A stretch of 64,000 bases of DNA from an uncultured Methylomirabilota bacterium (GTDB taxonomy: Bacteria > Methylomirabilota > Methylomirabilia > Methylomirabilales > 2-02-FULL-66-22). Made by a program: the position numbers and the translations under genes. Below, in pieces: positions 38,675 to 50,660 of this stretch (positions within the stretch are counted from its first letter, which is position 1; every line of letters starts with the position of its first letter). The DNA is taken from the NCBI GenBank assembly GCA_963845565.1, contig CAWJSJ010000003.1, forward strand, positions 64,001 through 128,000, given 5' to 3'. The notes beneath the pieces are model-generated. The model was not told the origin of the DNA. It did no database searches and was given only the letters and a program-made list of their open reading frames with translations.

Positions 38675-39730
38675 CTACGACGCCGGTAGGCCCACCCCTC
38701 CAGGCCCCGACGATGCCCGGCAGCCGCACGATGCCCGAAGCACCAGCCGGGTGGGCAACACGGTGTCCGCAACGGCCGGTGCACCGGACGCCACCACCTC
38801 GCCCAGCACCTCCACCGCCTTCTCTCCCATCCCCACCGGATCCTGCTCGACCACCGTGAGGGGCGGCGTCATGGCCGCCGCCGACCGGAAGTCGTCAAAG
38901 CCGATCAGGGCCACGTCCTCGGGGCAGCGGAGCCCACGTTCGTGGATGGCGAGCAGTGCCGCCTCGGCCATCAGGTTATTGAACGCAAAAAAGGCCCGCG
39001 GCCGCGGCGTCTCGTCCAGGCATTCGGCGGCAGCCTTGTAGGCATGCACGGTTCGGCCGTAACCGACCTTGAGCCACAACTCCTCCGGCGGCACGCCACA
39101 CTCGACCGCCGCACGGTGGCAACCGGCCAGACGGCCCTCCGTCGTGCTGAGGTGCGGCGTCCCCAGCAGCAGCGCCAGGGGGCGGAGCCCCTTGGCCAGC
39201 AAGTGGCGGGCGGCCTCGTAGGCGCCCTGCTGGTTGTCCGCCGTCACCGAGGGAACCGACACATCGGTCAGCACCCGGTTCACGGCGACGATGGGGAGGT
39301 GCCCGTCGTAGCGCGACAGATAGTCGTGTGGGCCGGCCGCCGGACACAGGAGCAGCCCGTCGATCTTCCCGTCCGCAAGCGTCCGGACCAGGGTCTCCTC
39401 GCGTGTCACGTCCTCGTCGCTGTTGCACAGGATGAGATTCCAGTCGCGCAAGCCCGCAGCGCGCTCCGCGCCCTTGACCAGCGAGGTGAAGAACGGATTC
39501 TCGATGTCCGGCAAAACCAGCCCGATGGTGTCGGTGCGCCGGGCCCGCAAGCTCTTGGCCCGCCAGTTCGGATGATAATCCAATTCCTTGGCCGCCCGAC
39601 GCACGCGTCCGCGCACATCGTCACTGGTGGGCCCAAGGCCGTTCAGCACGCGCGAGACAGTCGCCGTCGAGACCCCGGCACGTGCGGCAACGTCTTTGAG
39701 TCGGCTGGTTTTCGGCGTGTGTTCCGTCAT
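38675..39730 (-). CDS. LacI family transcriptional regulator
   Basis: LKDVAARAGVSTATVSRVLN HTH; NPFF, IGFDD and PPLT motifs. Confidence 0.95.
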   Translation of the reverse strand: MTEHTPKTSRLKDVAARAGVSTATVSRVLNGLGPTSDDVRGRVRRAAKELDYHPNWRAKSLRARRTDTIGLVLPDIENPFFTSLVKGAERAAGLRDWNLILCNSDEDVTREETLVRTLADGKIDGLLLCPAAGPHDYLSRYDGHLPIVAVNRVLTDVSVPSVTADNQQGAYEAARHLLAKGLRPLALLLGTPHLSTTEGRLAGCHRAAVECGVPPEELWLKVGYGRTVHAYKAAAECLDETPRPRAFFAFNNLMAEAALLAIHERGLRCPEDVALIGFDDFRSAAAMTPPLTVVEQDPVGMGEKAVEVLGEVVASGAPAVADTVLPTRLVLRASCGCRASSGPGGVGLPAS

Positions 39731-39778
39731 TCGTAGAGAGCCTGGTTGGCGTCGCCTCTGCTGTCTATCGTGGGTAAG

Positions 39779-39793
39779 TGTAAACGATTTCCG
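39779..39793. promoter_or_regulatory. Possible LacI-family operator upstream of the regulator
   Basis: TGTAAACGATTTCC: CG-centred imperfect palindrome in an AT-rich patch. Confidence 0.45.
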
Positions 39794-39942
39794 CTGGAAT
39801 GTAATCAATTACAGTAATGAGTGGTCCAAATACCAGTTCGAGCCCGATTTTTCAAATGAGCCCCTCACCATTGTGCGCCTTGGCAGACGATTGACCAAAA
39901 GAGCCTCGTCCAGGCCGAACCCGCCCCTCGCGGCGTCGCGGG

Positions 39943-40602
39943 TCAGGATTCCGGCTGGAGAATCTCGACCCGGCAGAGCGCGCTCTTCCTGAAGGCGTCC
40001 GCATCCGCAACCGTCCCGACGATGGACCCGTAGTGCATCGGGATGGCCAGCGTCGGCCGGATGGTGTTGCACGCCGTGACCGCCTCGGCCGCCGTCATCA
40101 CGTACGTTCCGCTGACCGGAAGGAGGGCCACGTCCACGCGGCCGAGCGACGCCATCTCCGGGATCGCATCCGTATCTCCCGCGTGGTAAACCCAGAGCCC
40201 CCCGATCCCGATGACGAATCCGACCTTGCCGTCGGCCTGGGGGTGGAACGGATTCCCCGGCGACCGGAATTTGGACGTGTTGTAGGCCGGGACGGCGTGG
40301 ATGGCGACGCCGTCCACCTCCAACCGGTCTCCGGGCTTCACGACCCGCACCGCTTTGGGGTGGAGGCCGACCACCGCCTCTCGACAGGCTGGGATCGTGA
40401 CCACGGTGGTCCGGGGCGTGACGATCTTCGCAAGGTCGTCCACACTCAAGTGGTCGAAATGCTCGTGCGTCACGCAGGCCACGTCGGCCAGCTCCGCGGC
40501 CGATCCCAGCTTGTACGGATCGATGTAGACCACGATCCCCTTCTTCAGCTTGAACCCATCATGTCCGAGCCACGTGATCTGGACGTCCGCGTGCTCCAAC
40601 AT
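39943..40602 (-). CDS. MBL-fold metallo-hydrolase (UPF0173-like)
   Basis: WLGH, THEHFDH, YHAGDT and IPMHYG motifs. Confidence 0.92.
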   Translation of the reverse strand: MLEHADVQITWLGHDGFKLKKGIVVYIDPYKLGSAAELADVACVTHEHFDHLSVDDLAKIVTPRTTVVTIPACREAVVGLHPKAVRVVKPGDRLEVDGVAIHAVPAYNTSKFRSPGNPFHPQADGKVGFVIGIGGLWVYHAGDTDAIPEMASLGRVDVALLPVSGTYVMTAAEAVTACNTIRPTLAIPMHYGSIVGTVADADAFRKSALCRVEILQPES

Positions 40603-40619
40603 CTCGCGCCTCCACCGGG

Positions 40620-43600
40620 TCAGCGTTGCGCGCCGTCACCCCCGAAAACTCGCTGAAAGACCTCGTGGACCTGGCCGGTGCGCGCCGCGTAATCGGCCAG
40701 GAATTGCGCCTGGGAGGAGGTGTCCGCCTTCGCCGGATACCCCATCCGCCTGACGAGCGTTTCCAGCTTGGCGGGGACGCTGGGCAGGGTGTTCACGCTG
40801 AGGTCCGCCACGATCCGAAGGCGCGTCTCCACTCGCCGGAGGAACCGATACGCGTCACCCAGCGTGACGGCATCCGCGGCCGGCAGGACCCCCGTCTCCG
40901 CCAGCGCCGCGAGTGCCGGCAGCGTGCTCTGGCTCCGGAGCGCCGGATGCGTCCGCCCGTGGCGAAGCTGCAGGTACTGCACCAGGAACTCGATCTCCAC
41001 GATCCCCCCGCTCCCCAGCTTCACATGGGTCGCCTTCCCCGCTGTACCGACCCGCTCCGCCGAGATCCGATGGCGCATGGCCAGGATCCGCTCCGCCAGA
41101 TCCGGCTCCTCGGGCCCCTCGTAGACAAAGCGCTGCGCCACCGCCAGGAAGGCCGCCCCCACCCGGGGATCGCCCACGATGGGACGGGCCTTGATGTACG
41201 CCTGCCGTTCCCACAGTTCGGCCATCCGCTCGAAGTGCGTCTCGAACGCCCGAAGCGAAACCGCCACCTCGCCCTTCTGCCCCCCGGGCCGCAGGCGGGA
41301 ATCCACCCGATAGGCCGCGCCCTCCGCCGTGATCGAGGCCAGGATCTTCGTCACGCGGTCCGCCAGCTTGCTGAAGTATTCCGGATGACTCACCCGTTCG
41401 GGCCCGGTGGTCTGTCCGTCGTCGCCGTATACGAACAGCAGATCCAGGTCCGACCCGTATCCCAGTTCCTGCCCACCCAGCTTCCCCATCCCCACGATCG
41501 CGAACCCGGCCGGATCGGGTCGGCCGAAGCGCACCGCGAGGTCCTGCTCCGCCATGTCGAGTGCGACCTCGAGGCAGGCCTCCCCCAGATAGGTGAGCGC
41601 CCGCTGGGTGTCCGTGACGTCGGCCTGCTCCAGGATGTCCGCCAGGCCGATCCGCAGGTCCTCGGCCTTCTTGACGCGCCGCAGCGCATCCAGGCGCCCG
41701 CTGCCGGGGTCCGCCGCCTCCACCGCCCGCCGCAGCTCTTGCGCGGTGCGCTCCCGGCCATGGCGCGCCGCGGGCTCCGGCGCCAGCAGGGTGTCTATGA
41801 GCTCCGGCTGCCGCAAGAGCGTGGCGGACAGGACCTCGCTGGTGCCGAACAGACGAACCAGCAGACCCACCAGGCCCGGTGTTTCGGCCAGCAGACGCAG
41901 GAACGTCGTGCGTGCCGCCACCCCGGCGATGAACCGCTCGAAGGTGGTCAAGGCCAGATCGGGGTCCGGCACCTGGGCGAGCGCCAGGAAAAGCGGCCCC
42001 GCCAGCTGACCCAGGGCGCGCCGGACCTCGGGCGTGTAGCGCGCGGACGATTGCCCCTCCCGCATGAGCTGCAGGTTCCGCAGCGCCCGCTCGACGTCCT
42101 CGAACCCGACGGCGGCCAGGCGGCTGCGCACCTGCTCCACGGGCAGGTCGGAACTGAAGAAGAGCACCAGTTCGTCGGACGGCGGGTCGGCGGCGCGCTC
42201 CGCGGCGGAGCGCGTCCCCTGAAGGAAACTGTCGTAGAGCTGGCGCACCGCCTCCGTGTGGCGCTCGTAATCCACCAGCAACGCCGCTCCCGCGTCAAGA
42301 TGTTCGGGCGGCTGATACCCCATCCGACGTCCCAGGATCTGGATCTCCTGGAGATCGTCGGGCAGCGTGTGGGTCTGCCGGTCGTGCAGGATCTGCAGAC
42401 GGTGCTCCAGCCGGCGCAGGAAGGTGTAGGCCCGCACCAGTGCCTCGTAGTCCGGGTCGGCCAGCACCCCCTGCCCCGCCAACCGGTGCAGGGCGCGGAG
42501 GGTGTTGGCCTCCCGGAGCCAGGGATTCTTGCCACCGTGCAAAAGCTGGATTCCTTGCACGAGGAATTCGATCTCGCGGATCCCGCCATACCCGAGCTTC
42601 ACATTCCGTCGGGCCCGCGCATCTTGCGCCACGCTGAGGTTGATCCGATCCTTCATGGCGCGAATCTCGTCCAGTGCGGTCAGGTCCAGCGACTGCCGGA
42701 AGACGAAGGGGGTCATCATCGCCAGGAACATGGCCCCCAGCGCTGGATCGCCCGCGACGGGTCGGGCCTTGATCAGGGCCTGGCGCTCCCAGGTCTGGCC
42801 CCAGGATTCGTAGTAAATCTCGCAGCTCCGGAGCGATGAAGCGATGGCCCCGGATCGGCCCTCGGGGCGCAACCGGAGATCCACGCGGTAGAGGTGTCCG
42901 TCGGCCGAGACCTCGTTCATTCCCTTGACCAGCATCTCACCCAGCTTCCGGAAGAATTCCTGATTGGCCAGGCGGCCCGCGGTCCCGCTGTCCGTCCCCG
43001 CGGTTTCGCCTTCCTCTTCGTACACGAAGATCAGATCGATGTCCGAGCTGAAGTTCAGCTCCCGCCCCCCCAGTTTCCCCATGCCGAAGATCACGAAGGG
43101 GCACTCGCGGGAGCGTCCCGCCTCCCCGGCGACCTGGGGCACTCCGTGCCGTCGGACGAGCTCGGCGCGACAGACTTGATAGGCCGTCTCCAGCGAGACG
43201 TCGGCCAGGTTGGACAGCTCTTCCGTGATCCCGACAAGATTCTGGCGTCCCACCAGGTCTTGCAGGCCGATGCGCAGGATCTCTTGCGACTTGAATCGGC
43301 GAAGCGCGAGCCACGCGCGCTCCAGCGAGGCGGCGCCGGCCACCGCGTGTCGCGCCTCCTCGAGCAATTCCTCCTTGCTCTTCGGCCGGTGCACGACGCC
43401 CGGCTCCAGCAGCCACTCGAAGAGCTGCGGCTGCCGCGCCAGGATGTCGCTCAGAAACTGGGAACTGCCGAAGATCGTGAGCGCCAAATGCAGGATCCGC
43501 GGATTGTCGCGGAACAGGCCGAGCAGAAAGCGGCGATCCAACACCTTTTGCGCGAACCGCTCCAGGTTGTTGAGGGCCAGGTCGGGATCCGGAAGGTGCC

Positions 43601-43766
43601 CAAGCGCACCAAGCAGCGTCGGCAGGATCAGCTCGAGCGACGATCGGCTCCCCGGGTCGGAGGCGAGCAGACCGATGTTCTTGGCGGCCTGTTCCGGCCG
43701 TCGGCAACCCGCTGCGGCAAGTTTTGGCGTGAGCGAATCGGGAAAGCCGTCCATGAACGCCGCCAA
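40620..43766 (-). CDS. glnE: Glutamine synthetase adenylyltransferase/adenylyl-removing enzyme
   Basis: Two GMGKLGG.EL...SD.DL NTase domains; RLRP, WERQA and KLG.GG motifs. Confidence 0.96.
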   Translation of the reverse strand: MAAFMDGFPDSLTPKLAAAGCRRPEQAAKNIGLLASDPGSRSSLELILPTLLGALGHLPDPDLALNNLERFAQKVLDRRFLLGLFRDNPRILHLALTIFGSSQFLSDILARQPQLFEWLLEPGVVHRPKSKEELLEEARHAVAGAASLERAWLALRRFKSQEILRIGLQDLVGRQNLVGITEELSNLADVSLETAYQVCRAELVRRHGVPQVAGEAGRSRECPFVIFGMGKLGGRELNFSSDIDLIFVYEEEGETAGTDSGTAGRLANQEFFRKLGEMLVKGMNEVSADGHLYRVDLRLRPEGRSGAIASSLRSCEIYYESWGQTWERQALIKARPVAGDPALGAMFLAMMTPFVFRQSLDLTALDEIRAMKDRINLSVAQDARARRNVKLGYGGIREIEFLVQGIQLLHGGKNPWLREANTLRALHRLAGQGVLADPDYEALVRAYTFLRRLEHRLQILHDRQTHTLPDDLQEIQILGRRMGYQPPEHLDAGAALLVDYERHTEAVRQLYDSFLQGTRSAAERAADPPSDELVLFFSSDLPVEQVRSRLAAVGFEDVERALRNLQLMREGQSSARYTPEVRRALGQLAGPLFLALAQVPDPDLALTTFERFIAGVAARTTFLRLLAETPGLVGLLVRLFGTSEVLSATLLRQPELIDTLLAPEPAARHGRERTAQELRRAVEAADPGSGRLDALRRVKKAEDLRIGLADILEQADVTDTQRALTYLGEACLEVALDMAEQDLAVRFGRPDPAGFAIVGMGKLGGQELGYGSDLDLLFVYGDDGQTTGPERVSHPEYFSKLADRVTKILASITAEGAAYRVDSRLRPGGQKGEVAVSLRAFETHFERMAELWERQAYIKARPIVGDPRVGAAFLAVAQRFVYEGPEEPDLAERILAMRHRISAERVGTAGKATHVKLGSGGIVEIEFLVQYLQLRHGRTHPALRSQSTLPALAALAETGVLPAADAVTLGDAYRFLRRVETRLRIVADLSVNTLPSVPAKLETLVRRMGYPAKADTSSQAQFLADYAARTGQVHEVFQRVFGGDGAQR

Positions 43767-43904
43767 CCCTTAAGAAGAGCACGGAGTGGAAACCCATGCA
43801 TACCACACGGACGCGCTGTCCCGCAAGCGCCCCCTGCGTGGCGTTGCGTGGAGCCGGCTGATCCAGGGGCCACCCCCGGCCGCACTCCAAAACCCCAGAC
43901 GCAA

Positions 43905-43936
43905 AATGCCCCGCAAGGAGAACCCTGCGGGGCATT
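43905..43936 (-). terminator. Hairpin downstream of glnA
   Basis: AATGCCCCGCA...TGCGGGGCATT, followed by a short U run on the minus strand. Confidence 0.65.
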
Positions 43937-43954
43937 CCGGTGGTAGAAGGGTGA

Positions 43955-45373
43955 TTAGATGTCGTAATACAGCATGAACTCGTACGGGTGCGGCCGCATG
44001 CGGACCGGATCCACCTCGCGCTTCCGCTTGTACTCGATCCAGGTGTCGATGGCGTCCTGCGTGAAGACGTCGCCCTTCAGCATGAACTCGTGGTCGTTCT
44101 CCAGGGCGGTCAGCGCCGCGTCCAGCGACCCCGGCACCGAGGGGACGCCCTTCAACTCCTCCGGCCCCAGCTCGTAGATGTCCTTGTCCAGCGGCTGCCC
44201 CGGATCGATCTTGTTCTGGATGCCGTCCAGACCCGCCATGAGCATGGCCGAGAAGGCCAGGTAACCATTCGAGCTGCAGTCGGGGAACCGCACCTCGACC
44301 CGCTTCGCCTTGGGGCTGGGCGAATACATCGGGATCCGGATGGCGGCGCTGCGGTTCCGGCTCGAATACGCGAGGTTCACAGGCGCCTCATATCCGGGAA
44401 CCAACCGCTTGTAGGAGTTGGTCGTGGGCGCCACGATGGCGCACAGCGCGGCGGCGTGCTTCAGAATGCCGCCGATATACCACAGCGCCATGTCGGAGAG
44501 GCCGGCGTAACCGTTGCCCGCGAAGAGGGGCTGCCCACCCTTCCACAGACTCTGGTGGCAGTGCATGCCCGTCCCGTTGTCGCCGAAGAGCGGCTTGGGC
44601 ATCAGGGTCACGGTCTTGCCGTGCTTGCGCGCCACGTTCTTGATGATGTACTTGTACCACATCAGGCTGTCCGCGATCTTGGTCAGGGTGTTGAACTGCA
44701 TGTCGATCTCGGCCTGGCCGCCGGTGGCCACCTCGTGGTGCTGCGCCTCGACCGCGATCCCAACCTGCTCCATGACCAGCACCATCTCGGAGCGGAGGTC
44801 GTTCATGCTGTCCGTGGGGGGCACCGGGAAGTAGCCTTCCTTGTAGCGGGCCTTGTAGCCGAGGTTCGGGTTTTCCACCCGGCCGGTGTTCCACTGCCCC
44901 TCCGCCGAGTCGATGAAATAGTAGCCGGCGTTCTGCGTGCAATCATACCGGATGTCATCAAAAATGAAGAACTCCGCCTCGGGTCCCACGAACGCGGTGT
45001 CCGCGATCCCGGTGGACTTCAGGTATGCCTCGGCCTTCTGGGAGATGTTGCGCGGGTCGCGGCTGTATTTCTCTTTGGTAATGGGATCCACGATGTTGCA
45101 GATGAAGCTGATCGTCGGGGCTGCCGTGAAGGGATCCATCACCGCCGTGGCGACGTCCGGGATGATCAGCATGTCGCTGGCGTGGATGGCCTGCCAGCCG
45201 CGAATAGAGCTGCCGTCGAAGCCGAACCCGTCCTCGAAAGAACTCTCCTCGAGGCGGCCGATGGGGACCGTGAAATGCTGCCACATCCCGGGGAAGTCCA
45301 TGAACTTGAAGTCGGCGAACTTCGCCCCGTTCTCCTTCACCATCTTCATGACGTCTTTCGGGGTCATGCGCAT
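43955..45373 (-). CDS. glnA: Glutamine synthetase type I
   Basis: [41 protein letters not shown] and DIY (adenylylated Tyr) motifs. Confidence 0.98.
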   Translation of the reverse strand: MRMTPKDVMKMVKENGAKFADFKFMDFPGMWQHFTVPIGRLEESSFEDGFGFDGSSIRGWQAIHASDMLIIPDVATAVMDPFTAAPTISFICNIVDPITKEKYSRDPRNISQKAEAYLKSTGIADTAFVGPEAEFFIFDDIRYDCTQNAGYYFIDSAEGQWNTGRVENPNLGYKARYKEGYFPVPPTDSMNDLRSEMVLVMEQVGIAVEAQHHEVATGGQAEIDMQFNTLTKIADSLMWYKYIIKNVARKHGKTVTLMPKPLFGDNGTGMHCHQSLWKGGQPLFAGNGYAGLSDMALWYIGGILKHAAALCAIVAPTTNSYKRLVPGYEAPVNLAYSSRNRSAAIRIPMYSPSPKAKRVEVRFPDCSSNGYLAFSAMLMAGLDGIQNKIDPGQPLDKDIYELGPEELKGVPSVPGSLDAALTALENDHEFMLKGDVFTQDAIDTWIEYKRKREVDPVRMRPHPYEFMLYYDI

Positions 45374-45460
45374 GCTCCTCCTCGCCGAGGAAACCGGCGG
45401 TTCTCAGTGTCCCGCCCCATCCATGCGCCCGGGACCCGGGCCGCTCTTTGGGGCGTAGGG

Positions 45461-46450
<990 letters not shown>

Positions 46451-49400
46451 TCAGGCCGACCCGGTGGGGGCCTCCACCGGCAACCAGAGGCGAAACGTCA
46501 CGCCGTCGCCGGGACGATTGTCCACTTCCACGCGTCCGCCGTGGGCCCGCGTGATGCGCCGGACCAACGTGAGACCCAGTCCGGTGCCGACCTCCTTGGT
46601 GGTGAAGAACGGATTGAACACCTCCCCCAGGATCTCGGTCGGGATGCCGCCCCCGGTATCGCCGACGCTGAGTGTCGCCCAGCGTGTCGGAGTGGGAAAC
46701 ACGGCGAGCCCACCGTCCTGCAACCCATCCCCGCTGTCCTCGTGGCGACCTGTCGGCGGCCCCTGGACCGCCTCGACGACCCTCGTGGTCAGTGTCAGGG
46801 TTCCCCCGCTCGGCATCGCCTCCAGCGCGTTGATCAAGAGGTTGAGGACGGTCTGCTTCATCTGCACCGGATCCAGGCGGAGGACCGGGAAGCCCTCCGC
46901 CAGATCCCTGCGGACGGCGACACCTTGCAGCGCGATCCGCTCGGCGAACAGCACCAGACACTCCTGGATCACGGCATGGAGGTCCGTCTCCGCCAAGGCG
47001 AGGCGGAGCTCGCGCGACAGGCCGCGCACGTCGCGCGCGATCCGTTCCAGGCGATCCGCCTCCCGCGCGATGATCTGGGCATACTGGCCCTCCGGTTCGC
47101 GCCCTGCCAGCCGCTGCGCCAGCCGCCGCGCGAACCCGCCGATCGCCACCAGGGGGTTGCGGATCTCGTGCACTACGTGGGCGGCCATCTCCCCCAAGGC
47201 CGCCAGCCGCTCCTGGCGCAACAGCCGATGATGGCTGCGCTGGATCTCCCGGTTGGCGTCTTCCAGGCTACTATAGACCCGAGCGTTCTCCACGGCCAGC
47301 CCCGCCTGCGTAGCGAAGGCCGACAGGAACTCCAGGTCCTCGTCGGTGATGGGCTTCCGGTTGAACTTGTTGTCCACCACCAGAACCCCCACCACCTTGC
47401 CCTTGGCCATCAGGGGGGCGCAGGCGAACTCGTCCACCTCCAGCTGACGTTCCCAGGCGGGACGGCCGCCGGACTCCCGGCGGGCGTCGGCGGCCCGGAA
47501 GGCGCGCGCCTCGCGGACGGATCGGGCCAGGAGGCTCTCGCTGTCGTCCAGCGGAATCCGCAGGCTGCGCGCGAGGCGATCGAATGGCGACGTATCGCGA
47601 TCGCCGCCCAGCTTCGCCTGCTCCGCGACCACCTCGGCCAGCGGACGGTGCTGCTCCGTCAGCGCGCCCCAGATGGCGGCCGCCTCCTCGCCCGAGGCCG
47701 GTCCCACCCCCAGCCGACCCACCAGAAGCCGACGCACGTCATCCACCAGCAAGAGCATGGCGCGGTTGAATCCGAGCCCGCCTCCATAGGTCACCCCGCT
47801 CAGCACGATGCGCAGCAGCGCGTCAATCTGCATGGTGCCCTGCATCGCCGCCCCGATCTCGCTCAGGACCGCCAGTTTGCGGAGACGCAGGAGTTCCTCC
47901 ACCGCCAGCCGCTCCTTCTCCCGGAACAGCCGAGCATTCTCGACGGCGATGGCCACGTGCTGCGCGAACGAGGTGAGCACCTCCAGGTCGTCCGCGCGGA
48001 AGGCGCGGCCCGTTCGCCGCGCCACCGACAGCACGCCCACCGCGCGCTCGCCCAAACGGACCGGCACCACCGCAACGTTCCGGACGCCCCGCGCACGGGC
48101 CCAGGCGTGCTCGGCGTATCGGGGATCGTTGCCCGCATCGTCCAGGATGGCGATCTCCGACGTCTGGAATACCGCACCCGTCACCCCTTCACCCGCGGCA
48201 AACGTCTCCCGTGCCGGGGGCAAGAGGTCCGGATCGCCCGCGCTCGCCGATACGTGCAGGAGGCCGGTGGCCTCCTGCCACCCCCAGAGCCGCGCCAGCG
48301 CCAGATCGAGCAAGTCCACCGCCGCCCGGACGGCATAATCGAACACCTGCTGCGAGTCCAACGAGGCGGTGACCTTTCGACTCAGCTCACTGAGCGCCCG
48401 AAACCGGGCGCTCCGCACCTGCGCCTCTTCGAAGAGGCGCGCGTTTTCGATGGCGATGGCCGCCTGCGTGGCCAGCATCCGGAGCAGCCGCAGATCGGCG
48501 GCGGTGAATCGCTTTCCGGGCTGCGTGGTATGCGAGTGCAGGATTCCCAGGAGCCGGTCGCCGAACAGGACCGGCGTCGTGATGGTGGCCACCACATCGG
48601 GAAACTCCGGCAGCGCGTAGGGGGAGGCTTGATAGTCGTCCAGCAACATCGCCTGACGGGTTCGCGCCACCGTCGCATTCACGCCCCGACTCTCCGAGAA
48701 TACCTGGACGCGGACCCGCTCCGCCTCCGGACCCAGCGCCGCGCCGTACCGCAACTGCTGGGTGGTCTCGTCCCAGAGCAGCACCTGGGAGTACTGGCTG
48801 TCCAGGAGCCGCGTCGTTCCGGTGACGATGGCGTCCAGGACGCTCGACAGCTTCAGCTGTCCCGCGATCGCCTGCCCGACCTCGCGCAGCGCGGCGAGTT
48901 CCGCCGCGTGCTGGGACGCCGCCTGGAAGAGTCGGGCATTCTCGATGGCGATCCCCGCCTCGGTCGCCAGGGACAGCAGCAGAGTCACGTCCCGCTCTTC
49001 GAAGGCGGCCGGTTCGCCGGGTGTGGCGGCGATTTTGTCCAGCAGGCAGAGCGTACCAAGGAACGTGTGGCGCTGGAGCAGGGGCACGGCCAGCGCCGAG
49101 ATCGGGCGGACCGGCACTTGCGGGGCGAAGCGGGCGTCCTGCGAGAGGTCCGGGATCAGGATCGGAACCGTCTCTTGCCGTGTCAGCGCCGCCAGCGATT
49201 CCTCCGCGACGACGAGCTCGGCCGACGGCGCCTGTTCAAAACGAAAAACCTGATCGAAGGCACCCGTCGCGTCGTCCGCCAACCGCAAGATGGCGGTACG
49301 GGCCCGGAGCGCGTTGGCGGACAAACGGGGGACCAGCGCCAGGACCTGAGACAGTTCGAGGGGGACGCCGAGCGCGTACTCGCCGAGGTGCCGACGCGAT

Positions 49401-49465
49401 AGCTCCGTGAGGCGGTGCGAGGTCTGTTCCACGGCCCTCACCCGACGCTCGAGGGAGACGGTCAC
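46451..49465 (-). CDS. Multi-GAF sensor histidine kinase
   Basis: Four GAF repeats; HEIRNPL, NALEA, DTG.G, PFFTTK and GTGLGL motifs; start approximate. Confidence 0.92.
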   Translation of the reverse strand: MTVSLERRVRAVEQTSHRLTELSRRHLGEYALGVPLELSQVLALVPRLSANALRARTAILRLADDATGAFDQVFRFEQAPSAELVVAEESLAALTRQETVPILIPDLSQDARFAPQVPVRPISALAVPLLQRHTFLGTLCLLDKIAATPGEPAAFEERDVTLLLSLATEAGIAIENARLFQAASQHAAELAALREVGQAIAGQLKLSSVLDAIVTGTTRLLDSQYSQVLLWDETTQQLRYGAALGPEAERVRVQVFSESRGVNATVARTRQAMLLDDYQASPYALPEFPDVVATITTPVLFGDRLLGILHSHTTQPGKRFTAADLRLLRMLATQAAIAIENARLFEEAQVRSARFRALSELSRKVTASLDSQQVFDYAVRAAVDLLDLALARLWGWQEATGLLHVSASAGDPDLLPPARETFAAGEGVTGAVFQTSEIAILDDAGNDPRYAEHAWARARGVRNVAVVPVRLGERAVGVLSVARRTGRAFRADDLEVLTSFAQHVAIAVENARLFREKERLAVEELLRLRKLAVLSEIGAAMQGTMQIDALLRIVLSGVTYGGGLGFNRAMLLLVDDVRRLLVGRLGVGPASGEEAAAIWGALTEQHRPLAEVVAEQAKLGGDRDTSPFDRLARSLRIPLDDSESLLARSVREARAFRAADARRESGGRPAWERQLEVDEFACAPLMAKGKVVGVLVVDNKFNRKPITDEDLEFLSAFATQAGLAVENARVYSSLEDANREIQRSHHRLLRQERLAALGEMAAHVVHEIRNPLVAIGGFARRLAQRLAGREPEGQYAQIIAREADRLERIARDVRGLSRELRLALAETDLHAVIQECLVLFAERIALQGVAVRRDLAEGFPVLRLDPVQMKQTVLNLLINALEAMPSGGTLTLTTRVVEAVQGPPTGRHEDSGDGLQDGGLAVFPTPTRWATLSVGDTGGGIPTEILGEVFNPFFTTKEVGTGLGLTLVRRITRAHGGRVEVDNRPGDGVTFRLWLPVEAPTGSA

Positions 49466-49491
49466 CCGCGCCGGCCGCGCGACCGAGTCCG

Positions 49492-50490
49492 TCAGACCTT
49501 GGCGTCTCGCAGGTACTTGGCAGCCTCTTCCGGCGGCGTGGGATTGATATAGAACCCGCTCCCCCACTCGAACCCGGCGACATGGGTAAGCTTGGGCATC
49601 AGCTCGATGTGCCAGTGGTAGTACCGTCCGTCCGTTTCGCGCAAGGGGCTGCTGTGGATGATGAGGTTATAGGGGGGATTCATCAGGACCTTCTCCATCC
49701 GCAGGAAGAGGTCCCGGAGCAGTTTCGACAGATTGACATACTCGTGCTTCTGGGCGTCCTCGAAAAACGGACCGTGCGCCTTTGGCAAGATCCACGCCTC
49801 AAAGGGGAATCGGGAGGCGTATGGCGCGATGGTGATGAACCCGTCGTTCTCGCTGATGACGCGGGTCCCCTGGTTCAGCTCCTGCCGGACGATGTCGCAG
49901 AAGACGCAACGCTCTTTGTAGTTGTAGTACTCCTTGGCGCCGTCCAGCTCCTCCCGCACCCGCTTGGGGATAATGGGGGTGGCGATGAGCTGCGAATGCG
50001 GATGGTCCAGCGATGCGCCGGCCGCCCGACCTGCGTTCTTGAAGATGAGGATGTAGCGAAACCGCGGATCCTTCTTGAGGTCCAGGACGCGGTCGTGGAA
50101 TGCCCACAGGATGTCCTCGATCCGCCGCTCGTTCATGCTGGCGAGGGTCTCGCCGTGCTCGGGCGTCTCGATGACGACTTCGTGGGCGCCGATGCCGTTC
50201 ATCTTGTCGTACATCCCGTCGCCCTGACGATTCAGATCCCCCTCGATCTGGAGGGCCGGGAACTTGTTCGGCACCACCCGAAGATGCCAGTTGGACCCAT
50301 TGGCGGTGGAGCCGTCGGGGCGATAGGCCAGGACTTCCGGCGGCGTCTTCCCCTCGTTCCCGGGGCAGAACGGGCAGAAGCCCACCCGCTCTCGCTCTGC
50401 GGCGCTGCCGAAATCCGACGGGCGCTTGCCCCGTTCGGTCGAAATGATCACCCACCGCGAGGTGACCGGATCTTTGCGCAATTCAGGCAT
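49492..50490 (-). CDS. galT: Galactose-1-phosphate uridylyltransferase family protein
   Basis: CPFCPGNE, NKFPAL, GASLDHPHSQ (HxHxQ) and HWHIE motifs. Confidence 0.93.
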   Translation of the reverse strand: MPELRKDPVTSRWVIISTERGKRPSDFGSAAERERVGFCPFCPGNEGKTPPEVLAYRPDGSTANGSNWHLRVVPNKFPALQIEGDLNRQGDGMYDKMNGIGAHEVVIETPEHGETLASMNERRIEDILWAFHDRVLDLKKDPRFRYILIFKNAGRAAGASLDHPHSQLIATPIIPKRVREELDGAKEYYNYKERCVFCDIVRQELNQGTRVISENDGFITIAPYASRFPFEAWILPKAHGPFFEDAQKHEYVNLSKLLRDLFLRMEKVLMNPPYNLIIHSSPLRETDGRYYHWHIELMPKLTHVAGFEWGSGFYINPTPPEEAAKYLRDAKV

Positions 50491-50502
50491 GCACGTGCTC
50501 CT

Positions 50503-50610
50503 TTAGGAGCCGTTACGAAATAGTCTATACATCTCTTCTTTCTATTTCGTTACGGCTCCTTATGCCGTTTCGGAATGTCTCCGCTCAACTAATTCTTTGA
50601 CAACGGCTTA
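50503..50610 (-). repeat. ~105 bp bipartite element, copy 4
   Basis: Reverse-complement copy; its terminal TAA abuts the galT RBS (TAAAGGAG). Confidence 0.92.
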
Positions 50611-50660
50611 CCGGCGCGATCGATTGGCGCCTCGAACATTAGTTGAGCACCTGGGGAAAG